Positions 50,684 through 60,163 of a stretch of 64,000 nucleotides of DNA are shown here, in pieces. Under the pieces are notes generated by a model. It saw only the letters and a program-made list of their open reading frames with translations. It ran no database searches and was not told the origin of the DNA. Made by a program: the position numbers and the translations under genes. Origin of the DNA: an uncultured Gammaproteobacteria bacterium. GTDB lineage: Bacteria > Patescibacteriota > Patescibacteriia > Magasanikbacterales > GWA2-37-8. Where the stretch lies: positions 482 through 64,481 of the forward strand of contig CAZHYJ010000006.1 of the NCBI GenBank assembly GCA_964536725.1, in the 5' to 3' direction. How positions within the stretch are numbered: the first letter of the stretch is position 1; every line of letters begins with the position of its first letter.

Positions 50684-52741
50684 CTATAAATCCTCCACAT
50701 CCCGCAAAAAACTTCCTGGCCGTTTTTGGGGCGGCTCGTCTTCCGACACGTATGAGATGTTTTCTTTAGGGTCATTTAAAATTGTCAGGTTGCTTGAAAA
50801 TGACTTGTCATCCAACAGCTCCGAATCAATTTCGGAAATAAAAGCACTGGGTTCGTTCATAAAATTTTCTCCCCACGAACTGTATTGGCTCTTTCCCCGA
50901 TTGTTCGCCATTGGAAAAGTCATAAACAAATATTTTTTGGCGCGAGTGACAGCGACGTAAAACAGACGTCGCTCTTCCTCTAACCCACCATCTTCACGCA
51001 AGGCGCGCTCATTCGGAAATGCGCCTTGTGATAAATTAATTACAAACACCGCGGACCATTCCAAACCTTTTGATTGGTGGATAGTTGATAAAACAATTTT
51101 CCCTTCTTTAATTTTTTCTTTTTTCTCTTTCTGCCTCTGCAAATTAAACGCTTCTTGCAAAGCGGCATCAGCCAAAAACTTTTCTAAATCTTCATAGCGC
51201 CCCGCGAACACAGCCAACTGTTTTAAATCTTCCAATCGTTCTGCGCTGTCCAGTTTTTCTGCTTCCAAATGTTGTTTGTATGGTGAAGCGATAATCTTGT
51301 TAACTAATTCCGCCGGATTCCCTGGTCCCGCTTCCAATAGTTTGTTCCAAATACGTAAAAAGTTCTGCCAACCACCCCGCGCTTTTTCTGACAAAACATT
51401 TCCCATGCTTTCTACCCCTTCAACACCCTCCAACCCTTTTACCTGATCGGTAATTTTACCCGCACTCCCTGGTCCAATACCTTCTTCAAACATCAACACC
51501 CGCATCCACGCTGTCACATCCGCTGGGTTGTTTAATATGCGCAAATATGCCAAAACATCCTTCACGTGTGAACGATCAAAAAAGCGTAAACCACCGCGAT
51601 AATCATAGTCAATACCGAGGCGCATTAATTCCAATTCCAATGCCTGTGAGTGGTGGGCCGCCCGAAACAAAACAGCAATTTCTTTTTCTTCCACCCCGTT
51701 TCTAAGTAGTGTTGCTACACTGTTGGCGACATAAATTGCCTCTTCGTTTTGATCACCATGCGGTAAAAATTCTGGCCGCACACCGGTAGACAAAATTGTT
51801 TTTAAATTCTTTTTGTATTGTTTTGGATTGTTTGCAATCACTGCGTTGGCGAGTGATAGAATTTCTTGGCTGGAACGATAGTTGGTTTCCAAACGAAAAA
51901 CTTTTGCATTAGAAAAATCTTTTTCAAATTGTAAAATATTTTCGATATTTGCTCCGCGAAAAGAATAGATACTTTGCGCATCATCACCTACTACCAAAAT
52001 ATTTTTATGTACACTCGCCATCTCTCTCACAATCGCTGCCTGGATTTTATTGGCATCTTGATATTCGTCCACTAAAATATATTGAAACTGTTCGGCGTAT
52101 TGTTTTTTTATCTCTTTGATTTCCAAAAGGTGCAGAGTATTAATCAGTAGATCATCAAAATCCATCGCATTGGCCTCTTTTTTCTTTTTCTCATAGGCCA
52201 TAGCGATTTTGGCAATCGAATCAGAAAAAACTATAAACTGCGGATAGCGTTCTTCAACGACTGTAATCACTGGTGTTTCGGTATTGCGCGAATAGCTGAT
52301 AATCCCCTGCAACACTCCAGCGGTAGGAAATTTTTTGCCTTTCGCCGCATTGGAAAAATCTTTCGCCGCTAATTTTATCAACGACTCATTGTCGTCGGTG
52401 TCTAAAATGGAAAAATTTTTTTGATAACCTAGTGCCTCAGCATGACGACGTAATAGCTTGTGACCAATACTGTGAAACGTCCCGGCCCAGGGTAATTTTT
52501 CTTCTTGACCGGTTAAGTTTTTAATTCTTTCTACCATTTCACCTGCCGCTTTGTTGGTAAAAGTCGCCAATAAAATATTTTCTGGTTTAATTCCCTGCTC
52601 CAGTAAATATGCGACACGGTAAGTAATTACGCGCGTTTTCCCCGATCCTGCCCCAGCCAAAACCAAACACGGCCCATCGCCGTGCTCAACAACTGCCAAC
52701 TGTTCAGAATTTAATTCTTGAGAAAAATTGATCATGAACAA
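50684..52741 (-). CDS. pcrA: ATP-dependent DNA helicase UvrD/PcrA family
   Basis: Walker A AGAGSGKT, motifs II (DEYQD), III, V and VI, and C-terminal domains. 685 aa. Confidence 0.9.
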   Translation of the reverse strand: MFMINFSQELNSEQLAVVEHGDGPCLVLAGAGSGKTRVITYRVAYLLEQGIKPENILLATFTNKAAGEMVERIKNLTGQEEKLPWAGTFHSIGHKLLRRHAEALGYQKNFSILDTDDNESLIKLAAKDFSNAAKGKKFPTAGVLQGIISYSRNTETPVITVVEERYPQFIVFSDSIAKIAMAYEKKKKEANAMDFDDLLINTLHLLEIKEIKKQYAEQFQYILVDEYQDANKIQAAIVREMASVHKNILVVGDDAQSIYSFRGANIENILQFEKDFSNAKVFRLETNYRSSQEILSLANAVIANNPKQYKKNLKTILSTGVRPEFLPHGDQNEEAIYVANSVATLLRNGVEEKEIAVLFRAAHHSQALELELMRLGIDYDYRGGLRFFDRSHVKDVLAYLRILNNPADVTAWMRVLMFEEGIGPGSAGKITDQVKGLEGVEGVESMGNVLSEKARGGWQNFLRIWNKLLEAGPGNPAELVNKIIASPYKQHLEAEKLDSAERLEDLKQLAVFAGRYEDLEKFLADAALQEAFNLQRQKEKKEKIKEGKIVLSTIHQSKGLEWSAVFVINLSQGAFPNERALREDGGLEEERRLFYVAVTRAKKYLFMTFPMANNRGKSQYSSWGENFMNEPSAFISEIDSELLDDKSFSSNLTILNDPKENISYVSEDEPPQKRPGSFLRDVEDL

Positions 52742-52744
52742 AAA

Positions 52745-53359
52745 CTAATCTACTTCATTTATCGCATCACTTTTACCAACCAATTCAACTAATTCTCCGG
52801 CGTTAATTTCCAACCAATCAAGAATTTCCCCTTTATCACCTTTAAATTCTTTTACAATATTTGGTCTTTTATTACCACCAATTCTTTCTCCGTAAATCCT
52901 TAAAATATAACGCCCACGCTGACTTGGATCAATCACTACCCTGCCATCTAAGTCATGCTTGGATAATATTATTTCAATTTGTTTTTTAGTATCTGCTGGT
53001 TTTTCTTTATCAACCTTGTCAACATTGGCCACCCGCACAAACAATTGTTCGTCCGCTTTTTTCATTTTTTCTTTATACAACCCCAACAAACACAGTCTCC
53101 CCTCTGGTGTTAATTCACCATTAGATACATACTGTGGTTCAATATATGCATTATACTGATCAGTTAAATCCTTTCCCCAAAACTGATGTGCCCAATCTAT
53201 CAATGTATTTTCGGGAATAGTACCTATCTGACTTTCTTTTAAATCAGTATAATCAATGCCAGCGTTCATTTTTGCCTCTGCCTCCGCTCTTTTTTTAGCC
53301 TCCCAAACAGCAAAATGTTCCCCTCCTAAACCTATTCCTGGACTATCATGGTCGCCCAT
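52745..53359 (-). CDS. hypothetical protein translationally adjacent to pcrA/uvrD
   Basis: Its stop lies 4 nt upstream of the pcrA/uvrD start. No recognised motifs. Confidence 0.5.
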   Translation of the reverse strand: MGDHDSPGIGLGGEHFAVWEAKKRAEAEAKMNAGIDYTDLKESQIGTIPENTLIDWAHQFWGKDLTDQYNAYIEPQYVSNGELTPEGRLCLLGLYKEKMKKADEQLFVRVANVDKVDKEKPADTKKQIEIILSKHDLDGRVVIDPSQRGRYILRIYGERIGGNKRPNIVKEFKGDKGEILDWLEINAGELVELVGKSDAINEVD

Positions 53360-53431
53360 ATATAAATATAATAAATAAAATTAAGCTTTCACATTCTACC
53401 ACACCTTGATTTCTTAGGCAAAAAAGGTTAG

Positions 53432-54598
<1,167 letters not shown>

Positions 54599-54615
54599 TA
54601 AAAATATATTTTCAC

Positions 54616-54645
54616 AAAAAATCCCGGGTAGTCCGGGATTTTTTC
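54616..54645. terminator. bidirectional terminator (aaaaatcccgg gtagt ccgggattttt)
   Basis: Between the convergent tgt and gpmI genes. Confidence 0.6.
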
Positions 54646-54647
54646 TT

Positions 54648-56156
54648 TTACTTTATCAAAGATCCACTTGTCATCTCCGCCGGTTTGTCTAATCCCATAA
54701 CATGTAAAACTGTGGGCGCAATTTGATGTAAGTGACCAACGGGCTCTAACACAATATTCTTATCAACCACTACCAATGGCACCTCATTAAAAGTGTGCGC
54801 AGTATGTGGTTCGCCGTTTTCCCACATGTGTTCAATATTGCCGTGATCAGCAGTAATGAGTGTGATATATCCATTCTTTTCTGCCGCTGGAATAATTTGC
54901 GACAAAGCAACATCAACCGCTTGTACTGCTTTTATCCCCGCCTCTAAACTCCCAGAGTGACCAACCATATCACCATTGGCAATATTACAAACCACCAGAT
55001 CAAACACTTTGTTGTCTAGTGCTCGCACCAACGAACTAGTAATTTCGGGCAAACCCATCTCTGGGTTGGATGCATAGTTAGTTAACCCAAGTGATGGGAT
55101 AATCAACCGATCTTCGCCTGCAAAAACTTCTTCTCGTCCGCCATTTAAAAAATATGTGACATGCGCTTGCTTTTCTGTTTCTGTGATTCTGAGCTGTCTC
55201 AACCCTTTACTTGCAACCCACTCACCCAAGGTATTAGTCGGGGATTCTGTCGGATACATCACCCACACTTCGCGATATTCTGAATCATATTCTGTTAAAC
55301 TTGCTAAATGTAAATTTTCTGGAACAACGACCGTTTGTTGCATGGCGTGCGGGGCAATTTTTGTAAACAAGCGTACCAACTGACGCATGCGGTCAGCACG
55401 GAAGTTAAAAAATATTACCGCATCATTTTCTGCCACTCCCCAATCATTAAACCGCGTTGGTTCGACAAACTCATCACCAATTTTTTCTTGGTAGTTTTTT
55501 TCTAAAACATTTTCCACTGTCTCGTTAGATATTTCGGTTGTAGTAGTCAGTAGATTAAAGGCAGTAATTGTTCTCTCCCATTTTTCTCCTCGATCCATTG
55601 CGATTGAGCGACCACAGATTGTAGAAATTTTAACATCTTCACCAATTTCTTTTAAAACAGTCTCGCGTAAAAGTTGTAGTGCACTTGTTGGTGGCATATC
55701 GCGCCCATCCAAAAAAAGATGCAGAGCAACTTGTTTAATTTTTTCTCTCCTCGCCCAACTAATTAAGGCGATAATATGGTTAACGTGGGAATGAATTCCG
55801 CCACTGCTCAACAACCCAACCAAATGTAGTTTGCCACCATCTTTTTCCAAGTGTTCTTTGGTTTTAATTAATATTTTGTTCTCGTTCCAGCTTCCGTCCG
55901 CAATGGACCGATCAATTTTGGCAACATTCTGCCAAACCACCCGTCCCGCACCAATTGTCATATGTCCAACTTCCGACCCAGACAAACAACCACTTGGTAA
56001 ACCAACCGATTCTTCTTTGCAGTGTATTAAAGAGTGGGGATATTGGCCATATATTTCGTTCCAAAACTTAGGTTGTGCTTGAAAAATGACATTATGGTCG
56101 CTGTTTTGGACAATTCCCCAGCCGTCCAAGATCAAAAGTAGTGCTTTTTTGTGCAT
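54648..56156 (-). CDS. gpmI: 2,3-bisphosphoglycerate-independent phosphoglycerate mutase
   Basis: iPGM signature regions (LILDGWG, catalytic Ser region, metal-binding HGNIEH...). 502 aa. Confidence 0.92.
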   Translation of the reverse strand: MHKKALLLILDGWGIVQNSDHNVIFQAQPKFWNEIYGQYPHSLIHCKEESVGLPSGCLSGSEVGHMTIGAGRVVWQNVAKIDRSIADGSWNENKILIKTKEHLEKDGGKLHLVGLLSSGGIHSHVNHIIALISWARREKIKQVALHLFLDGRDMPPTSALQLLRETVLKEIGEDVKISTICGRSIAMDRGEKWERTITAFNLLTTTTEISNETVENVLEKNYQEKIGDEFVEPTRFNDWGVAENDAVIFFNFRADRMRQLVRLFTKIAPHAMQQTVVVPENLHLASLTEYDSEYREVWVMYPTESPTNTLGEWVASKGLRQLRITETEKQAHVTYFLNGGREEVFAGEDRLIIPSLGLTNYASNPEMGLPEITSSLVRALDNKVFDLVVCNIANGDMVGHSGSLEAGIKAVQAVDVALSQIIPAAEKNGYITLITADHGNIEHMWENGEPHTAHTFNEVPLVVVDKNIVLEPVGHLHQIAPTVLHVMGLDKPAEMTSGSLIK

Positions 56157-56159
56157 AGT

Positions 56160-56560
56160 ATTTTAATTTAGCTTAAATATTCTATCACAATTGATTGTAA
56201 AGTAAAATTTATTCTTTTTTACATGAAAAATACCAAGCAGCTAAAATTTGTATACACTAGTCTATACAAACTGTGGATAACTTTGTGTATAACCACCCTC
56301 TAAGGGGGATAACTTTATTTAACTTTCATAATATTTCCGCTAATCTGAAAGAAAATATGGTTAGTTTGTGTTTGTATACACTAGTGTATACAAATTTTAT
56401 GGTAAAAATGCCTGTTTTTGGCCTTTTCTTGGCTTATATTAGGCAAAAAGGTCGCTTCTTGACAGTACTTGTGAAATATGGTATAGTATATAGCGTGATG
56501 TTAGTTCATTCACATTTCAATATCCACCTTGTGTGGATAAAACCCATACTGACTTCCCAA
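56160..56560. other. candidate chromosomal replication origin (oriC-like): DnaA-box cluster plus paired 24-bp palindromes at the gene-strand switch
   Basis: Perfect DnaA boxes TGTGGATAA at 56272-56280 and 56532-56540. Inverted partial box TATCCACC at 56521-56528. Weaker box near 56304-56312. Palindromes tttgtatacactagt(c/g)tatacaaa at 56247-56270 and 56371-56394. AT-rich 56160-56245. Genes to the left are predominantly minus-strand and genes to the right predominantly plus-strand. No CDS for about 850 bp. Confidence 0.4.
56459..56487 (+). promoter_or_regulatory. consensus sigma70 promoter (TTGACA-17-TATAGT, TG-extended)
   Basis: TTGACA 56459-56464, 17-nt spacer, TATAGT 56482-56487 preceded by TG. 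Confidence 0.55.
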
Positions 56561-56827
56561 CTTGGAAATAGATCGGCTACTGCCAAAAACTACAGCTAAA
56601 AAGTAGTAGTAGATCTGTACTTCCTCTCTGGTAACTCCAATTTTTGTGCTCGCTTGCCGTTTGTGCAGCTGGCGCACGGAGTAATACCTCCCAGGCGGTC
56701 GGATGGTTTACCTGTCAAAGGTTCTCGACATGTGCTGCGCAAGCGGCCGTGATCATCCTTTGTACAGGATGCCTAAGGGCGAGAGTCTTAAAATTATATT
56801 TATTGGATTTCTACGCCCTTTTTTTAT
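56495..56827 (+). ncRNA. candidate structured non-coding RNA or long leader (GC-rich core 56640-56800), class unknown
   Basis: Downstream of a consensus promoter. No plausible CDS (the 108-aa and 84-aa ORFs are low-complexity). Local GC is well above the genome background with multiple short complementary segments. Ends with GGGCG...CGCCC plus T7. Confidence 0.25.
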
Positions 56828-56856
56828 TCTCATTTTTTCCTTTTACCGCCACCTTG

Positions 56857-56885
56857 TTGACTCCAACAGGGTTTTATAATATAAT
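56857..56885 (+). promoter_or_regulatory. sigma70-type promoter (TTGACT-17-TATAAT) for the dksA-like gene
   Basis: TTGACT 56857-56862, 17-nt spacer, TATAAT 56880-56885. Confidence 0.5.
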
Positions 56886-57005
56886 AGGGGCGTATTGAGG
56901 CTGGTTGCCTTTTTTGCTTTATGCTTATATATCTGCTAAAGCGATATATTCTCATTCGTTCGGAAATGAAAAAACATTTTTCGTTTCTCTCGCCACATTT
57001 CGAAT

Positions 57006-57383
57006 ATGACTAATAAAAAAACAACTTTCTCTGATGACTTCTTAAAAAAGATTCACACCGCCCTTTTAGAAGAAAAGGTTCGTTTGGAAAAAGAACTGCC
57101 TTCTATTTCTGATCCTTCTCAAACTAGTGGGGCTTTCCCCTCTTATGGTGACAAGGAAGACGAGAACGCTTCTGAGGTGGCTGACTATGCTGCCAACTTA
57201 ACTTTGGAAGAAACTCTTGCTAAATCTCTGCGCGATGTAGTCAAATCACTAAAACGTTTGGAAGATGGTAGTTATGGTGTTTGCAAATACTGCAAAAAAC
57301 CAATTGAAGAAAAACGTCTTTTGGCTCGTCCGACTTCTTCTGCCTGTGTGGAATGCAAAAAAACAATTGTTCAAGAAGTCTAA
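57006..57383 (+). CDS. DksA/TraR-family C4 zinc-finger protein
   Basis: C-terminal C4 finger CKYCKKPI...CVECKK. Coiled-coil N-terminal part. Confidence 0.75.
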   Translation: MTNKKTTFSDDFLKKIHTALLEEKVRLEKELPSISDPSQTSGAFPSYGDKEDENASEVADYAANLTLEETLAKSLRDVVKSLKRLEDGSYGVCKYCKKPIEEKRLLARPTSSACVECKKTIVQEV

Positions 57384-57388
57384 AGAAT

Positions 57389-57808
57389 ATGTTAAAAACA
57401 GCCTACCTCTTTTTTATTGGTGGGCTTTTTTTTATTCTCGATCAAACATTAAAATATTTTTCTCATAATATTTGGACAGAAAAAAATCTTCTATCCAAAT
57501 TTTTTGGTTGGTATCCGTTTGAAAACACGGGGGTCGCATTTGGTATTCCGGTTCCATCATTTATTATTATCGTCCTATCGCTAATTATTTTATTTCTACT
57601 AATTTACTTATTAAAAAATTCTTCACCAGATAATCATTTATACCGATTAGGATTGTTGTTAATTATTTTTGGCGCCACCTCAAATCTACTCGACCGTATA
57701 TTGTTTGGCTTCACCACCGATTATTTATTAATACTCACCAGTGTGATAAACTTAGCAGACGTTATGATCGTCACTGGTTTCACATTATTTATTTTTACCA
57801 GAAAGTGA
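57389..57808 (+). CDS. lspA: lipoprotein signal peptidase (signal peptidase II)
   Basis: Four TM helices. Conserved NTGVAFG and catalytic Asp regions (LDRILFG...TDYL, NLADVMI). Start moved to the internal M (MLKTAY). Confidence 0.8.
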   Translation: MLKTAYLFFIGGLFFILDQTLKYFSHNIWTEKNLLSKFFGWYPFENTGVAFGIPVPSFIIIVLSLIILFLLIYLLKNSSPDNHLYRLGLLLIIFGATSNLLDRILFGFTTDYLLILTSVINLADVMIVTGFTLFIFTRK

Positions 57809-57902
57809 GTGTTTGATATTTTTTGAGCGGGTTATGCGCCGGGGCACATCCTTTCGCCCTCGCGGGCGAAAAAAGCGAAAAAATTATCAAACACTCACTT
57901 TC
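57798..57902. repeat. 27-bp near-perfect inverted repeat (ccagaaagtgagtgtttgata...) enclosing a 51-bp GC-rich structured core
   Basis: Left arm 57798-57824 overlaps the lspA stop codon. Right arm 57876-57902 lies just upstream of the comM RBS. The core contains the nested stem tttcgccc/gggcgaaa. Confidence 0.6.
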
Positions 57903-57925
57903 TGGTTACCTTAATAAGGAGGGCT

Positions 57926-59437
57926 ATGTTTCTCAAACTAAAATCCGCTGCGCGCGTAGGAATAAACTGCCTACCCATGGATATTGAAATTGATATTGCG
58001 CGTGGCCAAACAAATTTTAATATTGTCGGCCTCGCCAACACCGCTATCCAAGAATCCCGCGACCGCATTCACTCCGCACTAAAAAATTCCGATTTCTCTT
58101 ACCCAATTAATTTTCGAACAATAATAAACTTAGCACCAGCTGACATTCCTAAAGAAGGCACAGCTTATGATTTGCCAATGGCGTTAGGAATTGCCGCTAT
58201 AAACCAACTATTTTCTTCATCACTAGACAACTCTTTTGTGTTGGGACAACTCGGCCTAGACGGTTCTACTCGCCACACCAATGGCATACTACCTTTGGTG
58301 TTGTTCGCTCGCAAACAAGGAGTTAAATCCGTTTTTATCCCCGAAGAAAACGCAGCGGAGGCCTCCCTTGCCGAAGGAGTAGATATTTACCCGGTAAAAA
58401 ATTTAAGGCAATTATTCGAACATTTTTTTGAACAAAAAGAAATCTGTCCGTATAACAAAATATCGACAAAATACAAAGAAGAGACGTTTGGTATTGAAAC
58501 AGATTTTAGTTTCGTCCACGGCCAACAGTTGGCCAAACGTGCCTTGGAAATCGCTGCCGCTGGTGGACACAACGTCTTAATGGCCGGACCGCCTGGGTCA
58601 GGAAAAACATTGTTAGCAAAAACATTACCTACGATTTTGCCGCCCCTCACAAAAGAAGAATCTTTGGAAGTAACACAAATTTATTCCATCGCGGGATTAT
58701 TAAAAAATTCACAAAGCACCACTCGCCCGTTTCGTTCGCCTCACTCCACCATTTCCAACATCGCGCTTGTTGGTGGTGGGCGCGTACCTCGTCCGGGAGA
58801 AATTTCTTTAGCCCATCGCGGTGTTTTATTTTTAGATGAGTTTCCCCAATACTCCAGACAAGCACTAGAATCTTTGCGCCAACCACTGGAAGATGGTGTG
58901 GTAACTGTTTCCCGCGCGCAAGGCACAATTACGTTGCCCGCAAATTTTGTTTTAATTGCCAGCCAAAATCCTTGCCCCTGCGGATTTTATCTTGATCCGG
59001 AAAAACCTTGCACTTGCACCGCGCACGAAGTGGCACAATATCAGAAAAAAATTAGTGGGCCAATTTTAGATAGAATTGATTTACAAATTCAAGTACCGCG
59101 AATAAAAATTTCTGAGTTGACACAAAATGAAAATACGGAAAACTCTACAACCGTACGCGAACGAGTAATTGCAGCGCGCGAATTACAAACCGAGCGTTTT
59201 GGTCGACCAGATAAAACCAATAAAGAAATGACGAACTTGGATTTAAAAACTTTTTGTCCATTAGATGATTCTGGTTGGGAAATAATCCGCTCGGCTTCGG
59301 AACGACTTCAACTTTCCGCCCGCGCCTGTCACCGCATTATCAAAGTCGCACGCACAATCGCCGACTTAGCCAAAAGTGAAAAGATAAAAATTGAACATTT
59401 GGCCGAAGCAATTCAATATCGTTTTAATGAAAACTAA
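57926..59437 (+). CDS. comM: Mg-chelatase-like AAA+ ATPase, YifB/ComM family
   Basis: N-terminal Lon-like ChlI domain. Walker A GPPGSGKT. Sensor and arginine-finger regions. C-terminal Mg_chelatase_C. Confidence 0.9.
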   Translation: MFLKLKSAARVGINCLPMDIEIDIARGQTNFNIVGLANTAIQESRDRIHSALKNSDFSYPINFRTIINLAPADIPKEGTAYDLPMALGIAAINQLFSSSLDNSFVLGQLGLDGSTRHTNGILPLVLFARKQGVKSVFIPEENAAEASLAEGVDIYPVKNLRQLFEHFFEQKEICPYNKISTKYKEETFGIETDFSFVHGQQLAKRALEIAAAGGHNVLMAGPPGSGKTLLAKTLPTILPPLTKEESLEVTQIYSIAGLLKNSQSTTRPFRSPHSTISNIALVGGGRVPRPGEISLAHRGVLFLDEFPQYSRQALESLRQPLEDGVVTVSRAQGTITLPANFVLIASQNPCPCGFYLDPEKPCTCTAHEVAQYQKKISGPILDRIDLQIQVPRIKISELTQNENTENSTTVRERVIAARELQTERFGRPDKTNKEMTNLDLKTFCPLDDSGWEIIRSASERLQLSARACHRIIKVARTIADLAKSEKIKIEHLAEAIQYRFNEN

Positions 59438-59468
59438 AAAAACACCACGACCTAAGTCGCGGTGTTTT
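59437..59468. terminator. bidirectional terminator (aacaccacga...tcgcggtgtt)
   Basis: Between comM and the convergent 3D-domain gene. Confidence 0.55.
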
Positions 59469-59481
59469 GAAATTTTTAGAT

Positions 59482-60021
59482 TTACTTCTTAGCAACTGCT
59501 TTTGTGACATAATAGATCTCCACCTCTACTCGCTTCACACCAAAGGCATTAACCTCGGCACGAGGAGCGTCCATCCAAATATCCATACGGCCGTAGCCAT
59601 AACGAGCATTCATACGATCATCCACAGTGAAGATTTTATCACCATACAATGATGGAATCTTAATCTTCGTACCCATTGGCAAGAAGTTGGCCGCAATCAT
59701 ACCATCATATACATGCTTTCCTGAAGCAGCAATGAACGGGTCATCATCACACTGGTCAACAGTGGAAGAATAGGCAGTAATAACCGCCTGAACCTTCTTA
59801 TCTGGCATTACCACCTCAGTTTTAGGGTAAAACATGCGGTTCGCCATGGTAGAAGAAAGGGTGTGTTCGCGGTTTTTTTGGCTAAACACAGGGATTTCTA
59901 GGCTGTTTTTAGCTGAAACAACAGCCGGACTGAAAGCATTCCACAAGAAAACGCTTAACAGAGCCAAATCCACCACTACTTCCAAGGCCTTTTCGATTGT
60001 TTTTCGCTTAAATAAGCTCAT
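59482..60021 (-). CDS. 3D-domain protein (MltA-like / YuiC-like cell-wall-binding domain), membrane anchored
   Basis: N-terminal TM. C-terminal 3D domain with conserved Asp residues (FTVDDRMNARYGYGRMDIWMD). Confidence 0.7.
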   Translation of the reverse strand: MSLFKRKTIEKALEVVVDLALLSVFLWNAFSPAVVSAKNSLEIPVFSQKNREHTLSSTMANRMFYPKTEVVMPDKKVQAVITAYSSTVDQCDDDPFIAASGKHVYDGMIAANFLPMGTKIKIPSLYGDKIFTVDDRMNARYGYGRMDIWMDAPRAEVNAFGVKRVEVEIYYVTKAVAKK

Positions 60022-60097
60022 ATTTTAGAAATTTAAAAGGTACTTTATAGGGTACCTCGCATTTCATAACACCGAAGTATACCAGAAAAAGGCAAAT

Positions 60098-60126
60098 TTG
60101 TCAATATCCCCCAGGTGAGCTATAAT
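60098..60126 (+). promoter_or_regulatory. consensus sigma70 promoter (TTGTCA-17-TATAAT) for the PBP gene
   Basis: TTGTCA 60098-60103, 17-nt spacer, TATAAT 60121-60126. About 37 nt to the ATG. Confidence 0.55.
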
Positions 60127-60163
60127 TAGTAGATAAAACTCTGAACTTTTACTGTTTTTTCTT

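Noticed and set aside
50684-53359. Gabija-like defence pair (UvrD-like helicase plus partner)
   Set aside because: The helicase is a full-length 685-aa PcrA/UvrD with all housekeeping motifs. The partner is 204 aa with no ATPase or OLD-nuclease motifs.
56495-56827. Identification of the GC-rich transcript as RNase P RNA, tmRNA, SRP RNA or 6S RNA
   Set aside because: It lacks the RNase P P4 consensus (GGAAAGUCCGG / ACAGAAxCCGGCUUA). It has no tmRNA tRNA-like ends or tag ORF. It has no SRP domain-IV GGAA/AGCAGC core. Left as an unclassified candidate.
56273-56898. 108-aa and 84-aa ORFs in the 56.2-56.9 kb intergenic region
   Set aside because: Low-complexity, no RBS. They overlap the promoter, palindromes and DnaA boxes, so this is treated as non-coding.
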